64,000 nucleotides of DNA from Dehalococcoidia bacterium (lineage in GTDB: Bacteria; Chloroflexota; Dehalococcoidia; Bin125), in assembly GCA_965203775.1 (NCBI GenBank), contig OZ241913.1, positions 3,242,653 through 3,306,652 of the forward strand, written 5' to 3'. Positions 47,022 to 56,153 of the stretch are shown piece after piece; the stretch's first letter is position 1; every line of letters starts with the position of its first letter. The position numbers and the translations under genes were made by a program. The notes below the pieces were generated by a model. That model worked only from the letters and a program-made list of their open reading frames with translations. It was not told the origin of the DNA and searched no databases.

Positions 47022-48194
47022 TCAGGAACCGGCGGCCGATGCGGCGTCGGCACCGAGCAGACGCTCGAAGCGGAAGAGGTGCAGGTCGTGGCGGGAGCGG
47101 CGGTCGATGGCGAGGTCGGCGATCGCTTCGCCGATGGCGGGAGCGAATTTGAAGCCGTGCCCGGAGCAGGGGCAGGCGGCGACGATGTTGGGGCGCTTGG
47201 GGTGGAGGTCAAGCAGGAAGTGGGCGTCGGGGGTGTTGGTGTAGAGGCAGGTTTCGGCGCGGAGGATTTGGCCGGAGGCGTCGGGCAGGGTGTCGCCGAG
47301 CCAGGCGCGGATGGTGGCTTCGTCGCGGGGGTGGATGTTGCGGTCGTAGTCGGAGGGTTCGACGGCTTCGTCGGGGAAGTGGTGGCCGACTTTGACGCCG
47401 TTGCCGAAGTCGGGCAGGCCGTAGCCGAAGTCCTGGCGGCCGCGCTCCCACATCCAGATCGGCAGGTTGCCGGCCTGGAAGCGGTCGGCGTCGCCTTTGG
47501 GGCGCAGCCAGAACATCACCTGGCGGGAGACGAGCAACGGCAGCGCGAGCTTGCGCAGCAGCGAGGCGGTCCAAGCGCCGGCGGTGAGGATCAGGCGGTC
47601 GGCGGTAACTGCGCCGTCGGGGGTTTGGATTTCGATGGGGGATTCGAGGTCGTTGAGGTCGGTGGGCGTCCAGCGTTCGATTGGGGTGTCGAAGCGGAGC
47701 TCCGCGCCGTTGCGGGCGGCGAGCTCGAGCTGGGCGCCAATGCAGCCTTCGATGTCGAGCGCGCCGGCGCGGTGCTCGAAGAGGCCGATCAGCGACTCGC
47801 GCGGGGCCATCACGGGGAAGCGGCGGCGAATTTCGGCGGCGCTGAGCGGCTCGTGGGGGATGTTGTGTTCGCGGGCGCTGGCGAGCGCGCCGGGGACGAG
47901 CAGGCCGTCGGCTTCGCTGACCATCAGCGCGCCGGTCCGGCGGAGCAGTTGGCGGTCGGTCGCGGCGGCGAGTTCGCCCCACAGTTCGTAGGCGCGTTGG
48001 ACCAGCGGGACGTAGGAGGGGTCTTCGTAGTAGGCCTCGCGGATGACACGGGTGTCGCCGTGCGAGGAGCCGAGGTTGTGGGGCGGGTGGAAGCGGTCGA
48101 AGCCAACGACGCTGAGGCCGCGCCGGGCGAGCATCCAGGCGGCGGCGGAGCCCATTGCGCCGAGTCCGATGATGGCAGCGTCGTAGCGTGGCAT
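47022..48194 (-). CDS. solA: Monomeric sarcosine oxidase / N-methyl-L-tryptophan oxidase family flavoprotein
   Basis: YDAAIIGLGAMGSAAAWMLARRG, HGDTRVIREAYYEDPSYVPL, and the covalent-FAD Cys context CSGHGFKFAP. Confidence 0.75.
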   Translation of the reverse strand: MPRYDAAIIGLGAMGSAAAWMLARRGLSVVGFDRFHPPHNLGSSHGDTRVIREAYYEDPSYVPLVQRAYELWGELAAATDRQLLRRTGALMVSEADGLLVPGALASAREHNIPHEPLSAAEIRRRFPVMAPRESLIGLFEHRAGALDIEGCIGAQLELAARNGAELRFDTPIERWTPTDLNDLESPIEIQTPDGAVTADRLILTAGAWTASLLRKLALPLLVSRQVMFWLRPKGDADRFQAGNLPIWMWERGRQDFGYGLPDFGNGVKVGHHFPDEAVEPSDYDRNIHPRDEATIRAWLGDTLPDASGQILRAETCLYTNTPDAHFLLDLHPKRPNIVAACPCSGHGFKFAPAIGEAIADLAIDRRSRHDLHLFRFERLLGADAASAAGS

Positions 48195-48380
48195 GGGTGG
48201 AGTCTAGAGTTAGTCAGGGCGGCTCGAACAGGACCACCGACGCTCGGCGCATGCCACGTAAACCATGCGTAAAGCCGTCGGAAGCGCAAGACGGGCAGCA
48301 CGCCGGCTGTCGAGCGTTGCACCGCTGGCCGGCGAAAAGGTACATTGCACTACAGGACAGAGGAGAGAAAGGGGCCGCAA

Positions 48381-48671
48381 ATGAGTCAAGCGACTCCGCC
48401 GGAAGCGGGCAACCCTGCGGAACGATGCGTCAGCGAGGATGTGCGCGATGCGATGTGGGACGAGCATCAGCGGAACCTGGATTACTTCCTCAAGCATGGG
48501 CTGGCGCTCTTTGAGCAGCATCCGGATCAGTGGCTGCTGATCCACAGCGGCAGCGAAGTTGAGGGCTTCGACAATCTCGCGGACCTGTTTGACCGCTGCG
48601 ACACGTTCGGGAGTGTGCAGCGCGGTGCGGCGATGATCGAGCGACGCAAGACTGGCGCGTGGATTCTGTGA
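48381..48671 (+). CDS. Small DUF5678-like protein, partner of retropepsin-like protease 1
   Basis: SD aggaga/aagggg then ATG. Core WDEHQRNLDYFLKHGLALFEQHPDQWLLIHSGSEVEGFDNLADLF is conserved in the two paralogs. Confidence 0.65.
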   Translation: MSQATPPEAGNPAERCVSEDVRDAMWDEHQRNLDYFLKHGLALFEQHPDQWLLIHSGSEVEGFDNLADLFDRCDTFGSVQRGAAMIERRKTGAWIL

Positions 48672-49234
48672 CGCGACGAGTCCGCGGCGCGCTCTGGCCA
48701 GTTCCGCCGGCGCATCAGCTTCTTCCCGCATCTCCACCCGCCGTCGTCGCCGTCGATGTTGAGATCGGCGGCCAGTCCAAGACGGTCGACTTCATGATCG
48801 ACAGCGGAGCAGATTTCACAACTCTCGGACCTGTGGAGGCGAATGAGTTGCTCGGTGAAGAACGCTACGAAAGCCTGGACTTTAACGACCCGCAACGCTC
48901 ACTGGCGATGCACGGCGTTGGGCAACTCGCCGCTCGAGTTTTTCTCCTGGATGCTCAGATCATGTTCCGGGATGATCAAGGTCAGCGAATTCCGATACCG
49001 CTTGTGGCAGCTGTCGCCCAGCCGCTCCCCTCTCCTTCAGCGCACCGCCGCAGGGAGCGACGACGCCGTCTGGCGCGACGGCAGGGGTCGATACCGGACC
49101 TGCAAGAAGTCGAAGAGCCAGACAATTGGTGGATGCCAAACCTCTTGGGACGCGACATTCTCCACCACTTTGACCTCCATGTCAGCTACGGCGCAGATTC
49201 GGTGTCTCTGATAGAGAGGCCTTCCGGCGGCTGA
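48668..49234 (+). CDS. Retropepsin-like (clan AA) aspartic protease 1
   Basis: VDFMIDSGADFTTLG (D-S/T-G-A active site) and LLGRDILHHFDL. The GTG start overlaps the partner stop (GTGA). Confidence 0.7.
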   Translation: MTRRVRGALWPVPPAHQLLPASPPAVVAVDVEIGGQSKTVDFMIDSGADFTTLGPVEANELLGEERYESLDFNDPQRSLAMHGVGQLAARVFLLDAQIMFRDDQGQRIPIPLVAAVAQPLPSPSAHRRRERRRRLARRQGSIPDLQEVEEPDNWWMPNLLGRDILHHFDLHVSYGADSVSLIERPSGG

Positions 49235-49300
49235 GGCGCCGGGGCTCCCCATGCGGCCATCGCGCGGGTGCGGTATGCTGTATGCGCAAGGAGCGTTCTG

Positions 49301-49918
49301 ATGACCCAGCCGACGACCGTGGCGGCCGATCCGGCGCAGCGCAGCCCAGCCGTGGACGATCTGATCCGCGGCATGCACGCGGAGCGCGAGCGCAACCGCG
49401 CGTTCTTCGAGGCGCATTGCGACGATCTGTTTGCGGAGCACTCGGAAGACTGGCTGCTGATTCACAGCGGCGGCGAAGTGATTGCGTCGGACAACCTCTT
49501 CGAGTTGGCAGGCCGGCGCGAGGCGCTTGACACGGTGCCCCGTGGCGGAGCGCTGATCAAGGGACGCCCGCGACGGCTCGCTGATAAGCGCAAGCCGAAC
49601 GCTGGCGGCTCCGAGTCGCTTGACTCGCTGCCGAAGCCGCGGCTGGTGCGCAGCGGCCCGCTGAGCGACCGGGCGCGCGCCAGCGCTGAGGAACACCAGC
49701 GCAATCTCGATTTCTTCCTGGCTCACCAGGAAGAGCTGTTCGCCAAGTACCCGAAGATGTGGCTGTTGATCCACAGCGGCGGTGAAGTGGTCGCGTCCAA
49801 GGACCTGTTCGAACTCAACGATCTGCGTGAGACGTTCGACAGTGTGACGCGGAGCGCCGCCCTGTTCGAGATCAAGCGCCCGTGGCCGATGATCCCCACG
49901 CTGTTTTTCGTCCGATGA
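49301..49918 (+). CDS. Tandem-duplicated DUF5678-like protein (two copies of the small-protein domain), partner of protease 2
   Basis: SD aaggag then ATG. Contains both ...FEAHCDDLFAEHSEDWLLIHSGGEVIASDNLFEL... and ...FLAHQEELFAKYPKMWLLIHSGGEVVASKDLFEL... Confidence 0.65.
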   Translation: MTQPTTVAADPAQRSPAVDDLIRGMHAERERNRAFFEAHCDDLFAEHSEDWLLIHSGGEVIASDNLFELAGRREALDTVPRGGALIKGRPRRLADKRKPNAGGSESLDSLPKPRLVRSGPLSDRARASAEEHQRNLDFFLAHQEELFAKYPKMWLLIHSGGEVVASKDLFELNDLRETFDSVTRSAALFEIKRPWPMIPTLFFVR

Positions 49919-50403
49919 CTCGGCATATCAGAGGCGTATTTCGTCGCCACGGCCAGTACCAGCATCCCGCTGCCCCACTGGCCGCCTACGTCAATGTCGT
50001 GGTGGGCGAAAACGACCCGCCGCGCAGTGTGGATTTCATGATCGACACCGGCGCTGATTTTACGACGCTGGCGCCGCGCGACACTCTCAGACTGCTTGGG
50101 CGGGCTTATGGGAACATTGACTTTGGGGACCCAGCAAGCAGTATCGAGTCGATCGGCGTTGGCCACGCTGGAGCGCGCCTGATTAGGATCTCGACGCAGC
50201 TGCAATTCACAGACGACGCAGGTGGGCATCTCACCATCGAAATTCCTGTCGCAGTCGCCGAGCCTGTCCCTCCGCAACCCGGCGCGCATGGCAACTGGTT
50301 AATGCCGAGCTTGTTGGGGCGGGATGTGCTTCAGTATTTCGACTTGCAGCTGGGCTATCACCCGCCTTCGGTGGTGCTGGAGGAGGCGTCGGCGGGCGGC
50401 TGA
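49915..50403 (+). CDS. Retropepsin-like aspartic protease 2
   Basis: VDFMIDTGADFTTLA and LLGRDVLQYFDL. ATGA overlap with the partner stop. Confidence 0.7.
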   Translation: MTRHIRGVFRRHGQYQHPAAPLAAYVNVVVGENDPPRSVDFMIDTGADFTTLAPRDTLRLLGRAYGNIDFGDPASSIESIGVGHAGARLIRISTQLQFTDDAGGHLTIEIPVAVAEPVPPQPGAHGNWLMPSLLGRDVLQYFDLQLGYHPPSVVLEEASAGG

Positions 50404-50485
50404 GCGGCGAGGTGGTCGGCGTTGCGGTCGGCGGCGGCGGAGGGTATGCTGCCTCTACAAGACGACACTCATGAGAGGAGGCCTC

Positions 50486-50776
50486 ATGAGCCACATGACC
50501 AAGTCCGAGATGCACGATCCGAGTGCGGATCTGCGCATTGATGGCGCGCGCCGGGCGATGTGGGACGAGCATCGGCGAAACTTCGACTACTTCACCGAGC
50601 ATTCCACGGCGCTCTTCGCGGAGCATCCCGACGAGTGGCTGCTCATTCACAGCGGCGGCGCGGTCGAGACCTTTGACAATCTGGGGAAGCTCTTCGAGCG
50701 TCGCAGTCAGCTTGCCAGCGTGCAACGCAAGGCCGCGATGATCGAGCGGCGCAAGGTGGCCGCGTGGATCCTGTGA
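50486..50776 (+). CDS. Small DUF5678-like protein, partner of protease 3
   Basis: SD gaggagg then ATG. WDEHRRNFDYFTEHSTALFAEHPDEWLLIHSGGAVETFDNLGKLF. Confidence 0.65.
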   Translation: MSHMTKSEMHDPSADLRIDGARRAMWDEHRRNFDYFTEHSTALFAEHPDEWLLIHSGGAVETFDNLGKLFERRSQLASVQRKAAMIERRKVAAWIL

Positions 50777-51282
50777 CCCGGCGAATTCCCGCGCATGTCG
50801 AGGAACACCAACTCGATGCGACCCCACCGCATCCCAGCCTCCGCTCGACTGCGGCGGCGATTGTGCGCGCAGAGGTTGAGATCGACGGCGCGTTGGGCAT
50901 GGTTGACTTCCGACTCGACACCGGCGCCGACTTCACGACTCTCAGCCCAAGAGACGCATACTCCGTACTCGAAGAACGCTATCTCGAAATGGTCTTCGAT
51001 CCGGAGGAGGAGGTCATTGAGATGGTCGGCGCCGGCGGCGGCGCATCCACCATCGTTCGACAAGCGCGAATCGCACTCTTCGACGAAGATGACCGACCGG
51101 TTCCCATCACACTCGGCGTCGCCCTGATAAGGCCAAGCCCGCGACAGCCTGGCGCTCACGGACTCTGGGACAACTGGGATATGCCAAGCTTGCTCGGCCT
51201 AGACATTCTGCACTACTTCGACTTGCGCCTGAGCTATCACCCGCCATCGGTGGTGCTGGAGGAGGCGTCGGCGAGCGGCTGA
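50773..51282 (+). CDS. Retropepsin-like aspartic protease 3
   Basis: VDFRLDTGADFTTLS and LLGLDILHYFDL. GTGA overlap with the partner stop. Confidence 0.7.
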   Translation: MTRRIPAHVEEHQLDATPPHPSLRSTAAAIVRAEVEIDGALGMVDFRLDTGADFTTLSPRDAYSVLEERYLEMVFDPEEEVIEMVGAGGGASTIVRQARIALFDEDDRPVPITLGVALIRPSPRQPGAHGLWDNWDMPSLLGLDILHYFDLRLSYHPPSVVLEEASASG

Positions 51283-51386
51283 GCGGCGAGGTGGTCGGCG
51301 TTGCGGCTGGCGGCCTCGTCGCTCTCGGCGAGCCGGGCGCGGATGCGCTAAGATGGCGGAGCGCGACGACGAACGGAGGTGTGCGC

Positions 51387-52352
51387 GTGAGCTCTGAGAA
51401 CCGACCCTTCACCCCGCTGCTCGCTCGTCATGGAATGGACGAGCGCGATTACAGCGTCCGCTCCAAAGATGTCGAACCGCACCTGAAAGACTTGCTCTGG
51501 GATTGGTGCCGCTCATACGTCGTCTCCTGGGATCCAAACGTGCTCAACCCGCGCGGTGCCCGCATGTGCCTCGTACTGAGACTGACTGCGAGATCAGAAT
51601 CAGCGCTGAGGAGTATCATAAGCAGGAAGCCCAACATGCTGCTCAACATGGCAGACTGGTTGCTGCAAACTGGCGAGTCCTACGGCTACGGCTACGAACC
51701 TCTCCAGGTCGAGCACCTGGAGCAGATGCTTGACGCAGGCGGCTCCGGCTGGCGGGTTGCGCCCGATGGCAAGAGCCTGATCGAGCGAACGCTCGATGCT
51801 GAGCACGCTGCTGTCGAGCTGGCTGCGCAAGGTGGTGATCAGGTCGCAGCCGACATCAACATGGCATGGAGCGCCGCGTGGCGCCGCGAAGAGCCGTCGG
51901 CGATTGAGGCGTACGCAGCCGCCGTCAAGGCCGTTGAGGGCGTGCTGGCCCCAATCGTCACGCCCGATGATCCCAAGCCGTCTTTGGGCAAGATGATCCC
52001 CGCACTGCGCGACAAGCCGGAGAAATGGGATACTCGCTTTCGCAGCGTTGAGACTGTCGAAGCGCTGGCCGGCATGCTTGATGAGGTGTGGCGGTCGCAA
52101 CATCGTCACGGCGGCGGGGCCGAGTTGCCCAACACACTGGATGAGGCGCGCGACGCCGTCTCGATCGCCGTCGCCGTCGTTGGTCTATGCCGCCGCAGCT
52201 TTCTCGAACGGCTTGATGAGATCACGCCCGACGAGGAAACGGCGGATCGCGAGTGGGCGGCCGAACTGCGCCGCGAGCTCGACGAAGACGGCGCAGGCGA
52301 CACGATCCCGATTGAGGAGCTATTCGCCGATCAGCGGGCGAGCGGCGAGTGA
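51387..52352 (+). CDS. Hypothetical 321-aa protein in the antitoxin position upstream of a RelE/ParE toxin; possible HEPN-type Rx4H motif
   Basis: SD ggagg, 7 nt, GTG. WRSQHRHG near 52088-52111. Acidic C-terminal tail. GTGA overlap with the toxin start. No family recognised with confidence. Confidence 0.55.
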   Translation: MSSENRPFTPLLARHGMDERDYSVRSKDVEPHLKDLLWDWCRSYVVSWDPNVLNPRGARMCLVLRLTARSESALRSIISRKPNMLLNMADWLLQTGESYGYGYEPLQVEHLEQMLDAGGSGWRVAPDGKSLIERTLDAEHAAVELAAQGGDQVAADINMAWSAAWRREEPSAIEAYAAAVKAVEGVLAPIVTPDDPKPSLGKMIPALRDKPEKWDTRFRSVETVEALAGMLDEVWRSQHRHGGGAELPNTLDEARDAVSIAVAVVGLCRRSFLERLDEITPDEETADREWAAELRRELDEDGAGDTIPIEELFADQRASGE

Positions 52353-52627
52353 CGTCAACGCCGCGCGGCCCCTATCGAGTCAGCTTCACGCCCCGCGCCG
52401 CGCGGCATCTCCGCCGCGTCGATACTGCGTACCGGGGTCGAATCACGCGGCGCATATCCGCGCTCGCCGATGCGCCGCGACCCCGCGGGGCGATCAAACT
52501 CGATCAGGAATCGTGGCGGTTTCGCGTAGGTCCCTGGCGCATCTTCTATGAGATCCGCGACACGGAACTGTCGGTGATCGTTACGGATGTCCTGCGCCGC
52601 GAAAAAGATACGTACAGCAGGCGTTGA
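52349..52627 (+). CDS. Type II toxin-antitoxin system RelE/ParE-family toxin
   Basis: YRVSFTPRAARHLRRV...ISALADAPRPRGAIKL...WRFRVGPWRIFYEIRDTELSVIVTDVLRRE. Confidence 0.8.
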   Translation: MTSTPRGPYRVSFTPRAARHLRRVDTAYRGRITRRISALADAPRPRGAIKLDQESWRFRVGPWRIFYEIRDTELSVIVTDVLRREKDTYSRR

Positions 52628-52632
52628 TCGGC

Positions 52633-55600
52633 CTACTTGAGCAGCTGGGCGACGAGGCGCTCGACCTGCTGGCCTTCGGCGCTTTGGGCTAGCCAGTTGC
52701 GGATTTCGCGGCGGGCGATGGTGGCGGTGGTGGGTTTGCCCTGGACGGCGCGGATGGTTTGGACTTCCTGTAACAGCGCTGTTGCGCCTGCGGTTGCTTC
52801 GACTGCGGCGGCGGCGATGTCTCGGTGGAGGGGATTGTGGTCGTCGTACTCGGGGATGGGGAGGCGCCAAGGATGTTTCAGCACGTGGCGGGCACCAAAC
52901 TGTCCTTTGGGCATCAGCGGCGCCAGCTTGACTTCAAGCGCTGTGCTGTTCAGCACGGCCACTAGAAAATTCGCCTCGGCGATAGACACTGTGTCAACCC
53001 AGTAAAGCGTTTTGTCGAAAACGGCGTCACGATCTCCGACTATCGCTGCCGTCGGGCGACCTGACGAACCGTAGACGACGCGATGCGTGTCTCCCCGTTG
53101 TCTGAGCTCGGTATCCTGCGCGGTCAGCTTACCCATGTAGTCGAGCTGGCCAAGCAGATCGAGCTTGTTGTTCACGCTCTTGTGCTGATCCCAGAGTCGA
53201 TTGACGACACGCCAGCGACGACGCATCCGATCGCCGAGATGAGTTGGATCGAGCCCTAGCAGCCCACTCTCCTTTCTGACGAGGCCGCCTGTTCGGTGGG
53301 AAAGCGGCAGCACCGCGTAGAGCGGCTCCAGCAAGACGTATGGAGCTAACGTCTCACCCAGATAAACGGCCCGGACATGCGCGGTCTCGATCGGTCGACT
53401 TGAGAGATCGAGCAGGTCGAGCGTCTTCCACGGGGCCTTCTCTTGGCTCGATCGCCGGTGAGAGACCGTAATGATGTCGGCAGCGCGGACAGCTACTCCT
53501 GACGCCTCCTTGTTCACGAAGAAAAGCGACCGCGGGTAGATGGTCGCTCCTTCTCGCGCACGATCCCCATATGGTGACGCAAACTCACCTGACGTATCGA
53601 CCAACGGGACATCCTCGTGCGTGAATGGTCCACCAGGCTCGCCGCGCCAGCGGTCAGCCGTTTTAGCTAACGGTGTTGCTGATCCGTCTGTGCGGCGGAG
53701 GAAGCCCACACAGGAGGGCACCGGAAAGAATGTGTTGGGCTTGACCCGCTCAAGATCCCACGGCTGGCGCAACGAGAAATCGACGCGCGTGGACCCCCAG
53801 TCTCCCCCGCGCCACTTGCGATATTGGCCGCTCTGTAGCGCGCTGTGGGGGAGTACCATCGCCGCGACGCCGCCCGGCTTGAGATAGAGATCGACGCAGC
53901 GTGTGAAAAACAGTCCCGCCACATCTTGATTAGAGGCGTAGCGTCCGCCGGTCCAAATCTCATAGGTCGACTTGCTTTGTTGCTCCAGCTCTGAGCGCAA
54001 GACCGCCGCAGTGCGGTTGTAGGTGAGCCAGGGCGGGTTGCCGACGACTACGTCTACGGGGTCGGCGCGGAGGGCGATGGGGCGGACGAGGTTGCGGGCG
54101 TAGTAGGCCCAGATGTGGTCGCGTCCGTCGGCGTGGAGGCGAGCGAGAGTGTCGGCGGTGCGTTCGAGCATCGGGCGGTCGGCGTCGTCGGGGATGCCGA
54201 CGTCGTCGAGCGCCTGGCGCGGGTCGCCGCCCTGTTCGAGTTCTTCGGCGAAGCGGGTCATAAGGCTATCGAACCAGTCGCCCTGCTCGACGAGAGCGCG
54301 GGGAAATTCGAGGCTGAGGTTGCGCTCGAGATCGCCGTCGTCGTTTTCGATCTCGATCGTTACGGTGCTGCTGGCGAAGAGGCCGGAGGTCTCGGTGCGC
54401 AGCTGAAGCGAGTCGCCCAGGTAGATGGGGACGGTGACGTCGTCCGCGCCGGCGCCGCGGGCGCGTTCGAGTGCTTCGCGGGCGGCGAAGGTCCAGGTGG
54501 CGCGGGCGAGGTGGACGGCGGCGGGGTGTACGTCGATGCCTGTGACGTGGGTGAGCAGTCCGTCGAGCACGCGGGCGGGTTTGCGGCGCGCGGCGCGGGC
54601 GGCGGCGAGATACTTGCGCACGGCGGCGAAGATGAATGAGCCGGAGCCGCAGGCGGGGTCGAGCACGCGCTGGTTGAGCGGGTCGGTGACGACGGCGTCG
54701 ACGATTTCGCGGGCGAGCCAGTCGGGGGTGTAATACTCGCCGAGTCGGCGGCGGTCGTCGGCGGGGATGACGGTTTCGTAGAGGATGCGGGCGACATCGG
54801 ACTCGGCGCGGGTCCAATCAAAGCGGTCGACGCGGCGGGCGAGACCGCGCAGCCATGCGCCGCCCTCGACTTCGGCGGGCCAGGTGAAGAAGTCGGACTC
54901 GACGACGCCGCGCACGCCGGTTTCGTTAACGAATAGCTGGCCGTTGAGCAGTTCGGCGGGGTCGCGCTGCGCGTATTGGACGATATTGATGCCGAAGGCG
55001 GATTGCAGGGCGAGCGCGACGACGGCGGAGAGGTAGGTGTGGCGGAGGAACAGGTCGTCGAGGTTATCCTCGTGCTCGATCACTTCGCCCAGCGCGGCGG
55101 CGAGCAGTTGCCGCCAGAGGCGGCGCTTAATCGCGATGGTGGGCTCGTCGCGGCGCTGCTCGTACAGCTCGCGGAGCGACTGGAGGTGCTGCTCGAAGCG
55201 CGGGCCGGGACCGAGCCGTTTACGCACCTCCCCATCAGTGGGAGTCAGTTCGCTGCGCTCCAGTGCCTGCGATTCGTCGCGCAGCCATTCGTAGAGGTTG
55301 TAACCGCGGTTGGCGTCTTCAAGCGTGAAGGCGTAGGGCGGCGCGGCGCTCCAGGCGGCGGCGCCAGGGCGGCGCAGCAGCCAGTACTTGCCGTCGGTGA
55401 GGATGCCGAGACGGGGCGGTTTGCCATCGCGGGCGAGCGCGCGGAGGTAGTGGTCGAGTTGCTGTTTGTTATCGTCGGTGGCGTCGAGTCGAGTGCCGAT
55501 TCGGCGCTTAACCTCGATCACGAGGTCGTCGGATTCCAGGTCGATTCTGCCGCCGCCGGCCTTGCTTTCCATCTGGATATCGGCGCGGCGGGCGAGTTTG

Positions 55601-55728
55601 GCGGCGACCAGAAAGTCGCGCAGCGCGCCGCGAATATCGGCTTCCGAGGTGTTGTCGGCGTGGCGGTCGAGCAGCGTCTGGGCGCTGCGGCGGAGCGCCG
55701 GGCTTTCCGGGGTGATCTCGCGCGTCAT
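52633..55728 (-). CDS. MmeI-like/type IIG-type single-chain restriction-modification enzyme candidate 2 (N6-adenine MTase with N-terminal PD-ExK-like motif)
   Basis: RIDLESDDLVIEVKRRIG (D-x8-E-x-K), motif I RVLDPACGSGSFIFAAV, motif IV VVVGNPPWLTYN. Large C-terminal region, visibly lower in GC. Confidence 0.7.
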   Translation of the reverse strand: MTREITPESPALRRSAQTLLDRHADNTSEADIRGALRDFLVAAKLARRADIQMESKAGGGRIDLESDDLVIEVKRRIGTRLDATDDNKQQLDHYLRALARDGKPPRLGILTDGKYWLLRRPGAAAWSAAPPYAFTLEDANRGYNLYEWLRDESQALERSELTPTDGEVRKRLGPGPRFEQHLQSLRELYEQRRDEPTIAIKRRLWRQLLAAALGEVIEHEDNLDDLFLRHTYLSAVVALALQSAFGINIVQYAQRDPAELLNGQLFVNETGVRGVVESDFFTWPAEVEGGAWLRGLARRVDRFDWTRAESDVARILYETVIPADDRRRLGEYYTPDWLAREIVDAVVTDPLNQRVLDPACGSGSFIFAAVRKYLAAARAARRKPARVLDGLLTHVTGIDVHPAAVHLARATWTFAAREALERARGAGADDVTVPIYLGDSLQLRTETSGLFASSTVTIEIENDDGDLERNLSLEFPRALVEQGDWFDSLMTRFAEELEQGGDPRQALDDVGIPDDADRPMLERTADTLARLHADGRDHIWAYYARNLVRPIALRADPVDVVVGNPPWLTYNRTAAVLRSELEQQSKSTYEIWTGGRYASNQDVAGLFFTRCVDLYLKPGGVAAMVLPHSALQSGQYRKWRGGDWGSTRVDFSLRQPWDLERVKPNTFFPVPSCVGFLRRTDGSATPLAKTADRWRGEPGGPFTHEDVPLVDTSGEFASPYGDRAREGATIYPRSLFFVNKEASGVAVRAADIITVSHRRSSQEKAPWKTLDLLDLSSRPIETAHVRAVYLGETLAPYVLLEPLYAVLPLSHRTGGLVRKESGLLGLDPTHLGDRMRRRWRVVNRLWDQHKSVNNKLDLLGQLDYMGKLTAQDTELRQRGDTHRVVYGSSGRPTAAIVGDRDAVFDKTLYWVDTVSIAEANFLVAVLNSTALEVKLAPLMPKGQFGARHVLKHPWRLPIPEYDDHNPLHRDIAAAAVEATAGATALLQEVQTIRAVQGKPTTATIARREIRNWLAQSAEGQQVERLVAQLLK

Positions 55729-56153
55729 TGGGCGTCGGCGAGTTCGGCTGCGGCCTGGGTCATCGAGTTGTTTTCCCAGTAGAGGGTGTGTTCGACGTGC
55801 TCGCGGATTGACCAGTCGTCGTTGGGCGCTTTGGCGTCGAGCAGCTCGTCGGGCATCTGGAGGAGTTGTCCGACCAGTTCGGCGCGCTCGCGGATCAGTT
55901 CGCGGGTGAGGCGGCCGAGGTCGGATTCCTGCATTCGCCTGGCGGTGTAGCGGGCGGTGGAGACGGCGCCGGCGTGCATGCGGTCGTGTTCGGCGTTATG
56001 GATGAGCAGGCGTCGGATGCCGCCGTCCATCGCGCAACCGTGCGCGGTGGGGAAGGCGAGGTCGTCTTCCTCCATCGCGAGCAGGGTTTCGACGGTTTGG
56101 GTGAGCTGGCGGAGCAGTTGCAGGGCGAGTTCGCCGCTCTCTCGGTGCGTCAT
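55725..56153 (-). CDS. DinB-family (four-helix-bundle, metal-binding) protein
   Basis: 142 aa with His-rich pattern (HNAEHDRMH, EHVEHTLYW). ATGA overlaps at both ends. Confidence 0.55.
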   Translation of the reverse strand: MTHRESGELALQLLRQLTQTVETLLAMEEDDLAFPTAHGCAMDGGIRRLLIHNAEHDRMHAGAVSTARYTARRMQESDLGRLTRELIRERAELVGQLLQMPDELLDAKAPNDDWSIREHVEHTLYWENNSMTQAAAELADAQ

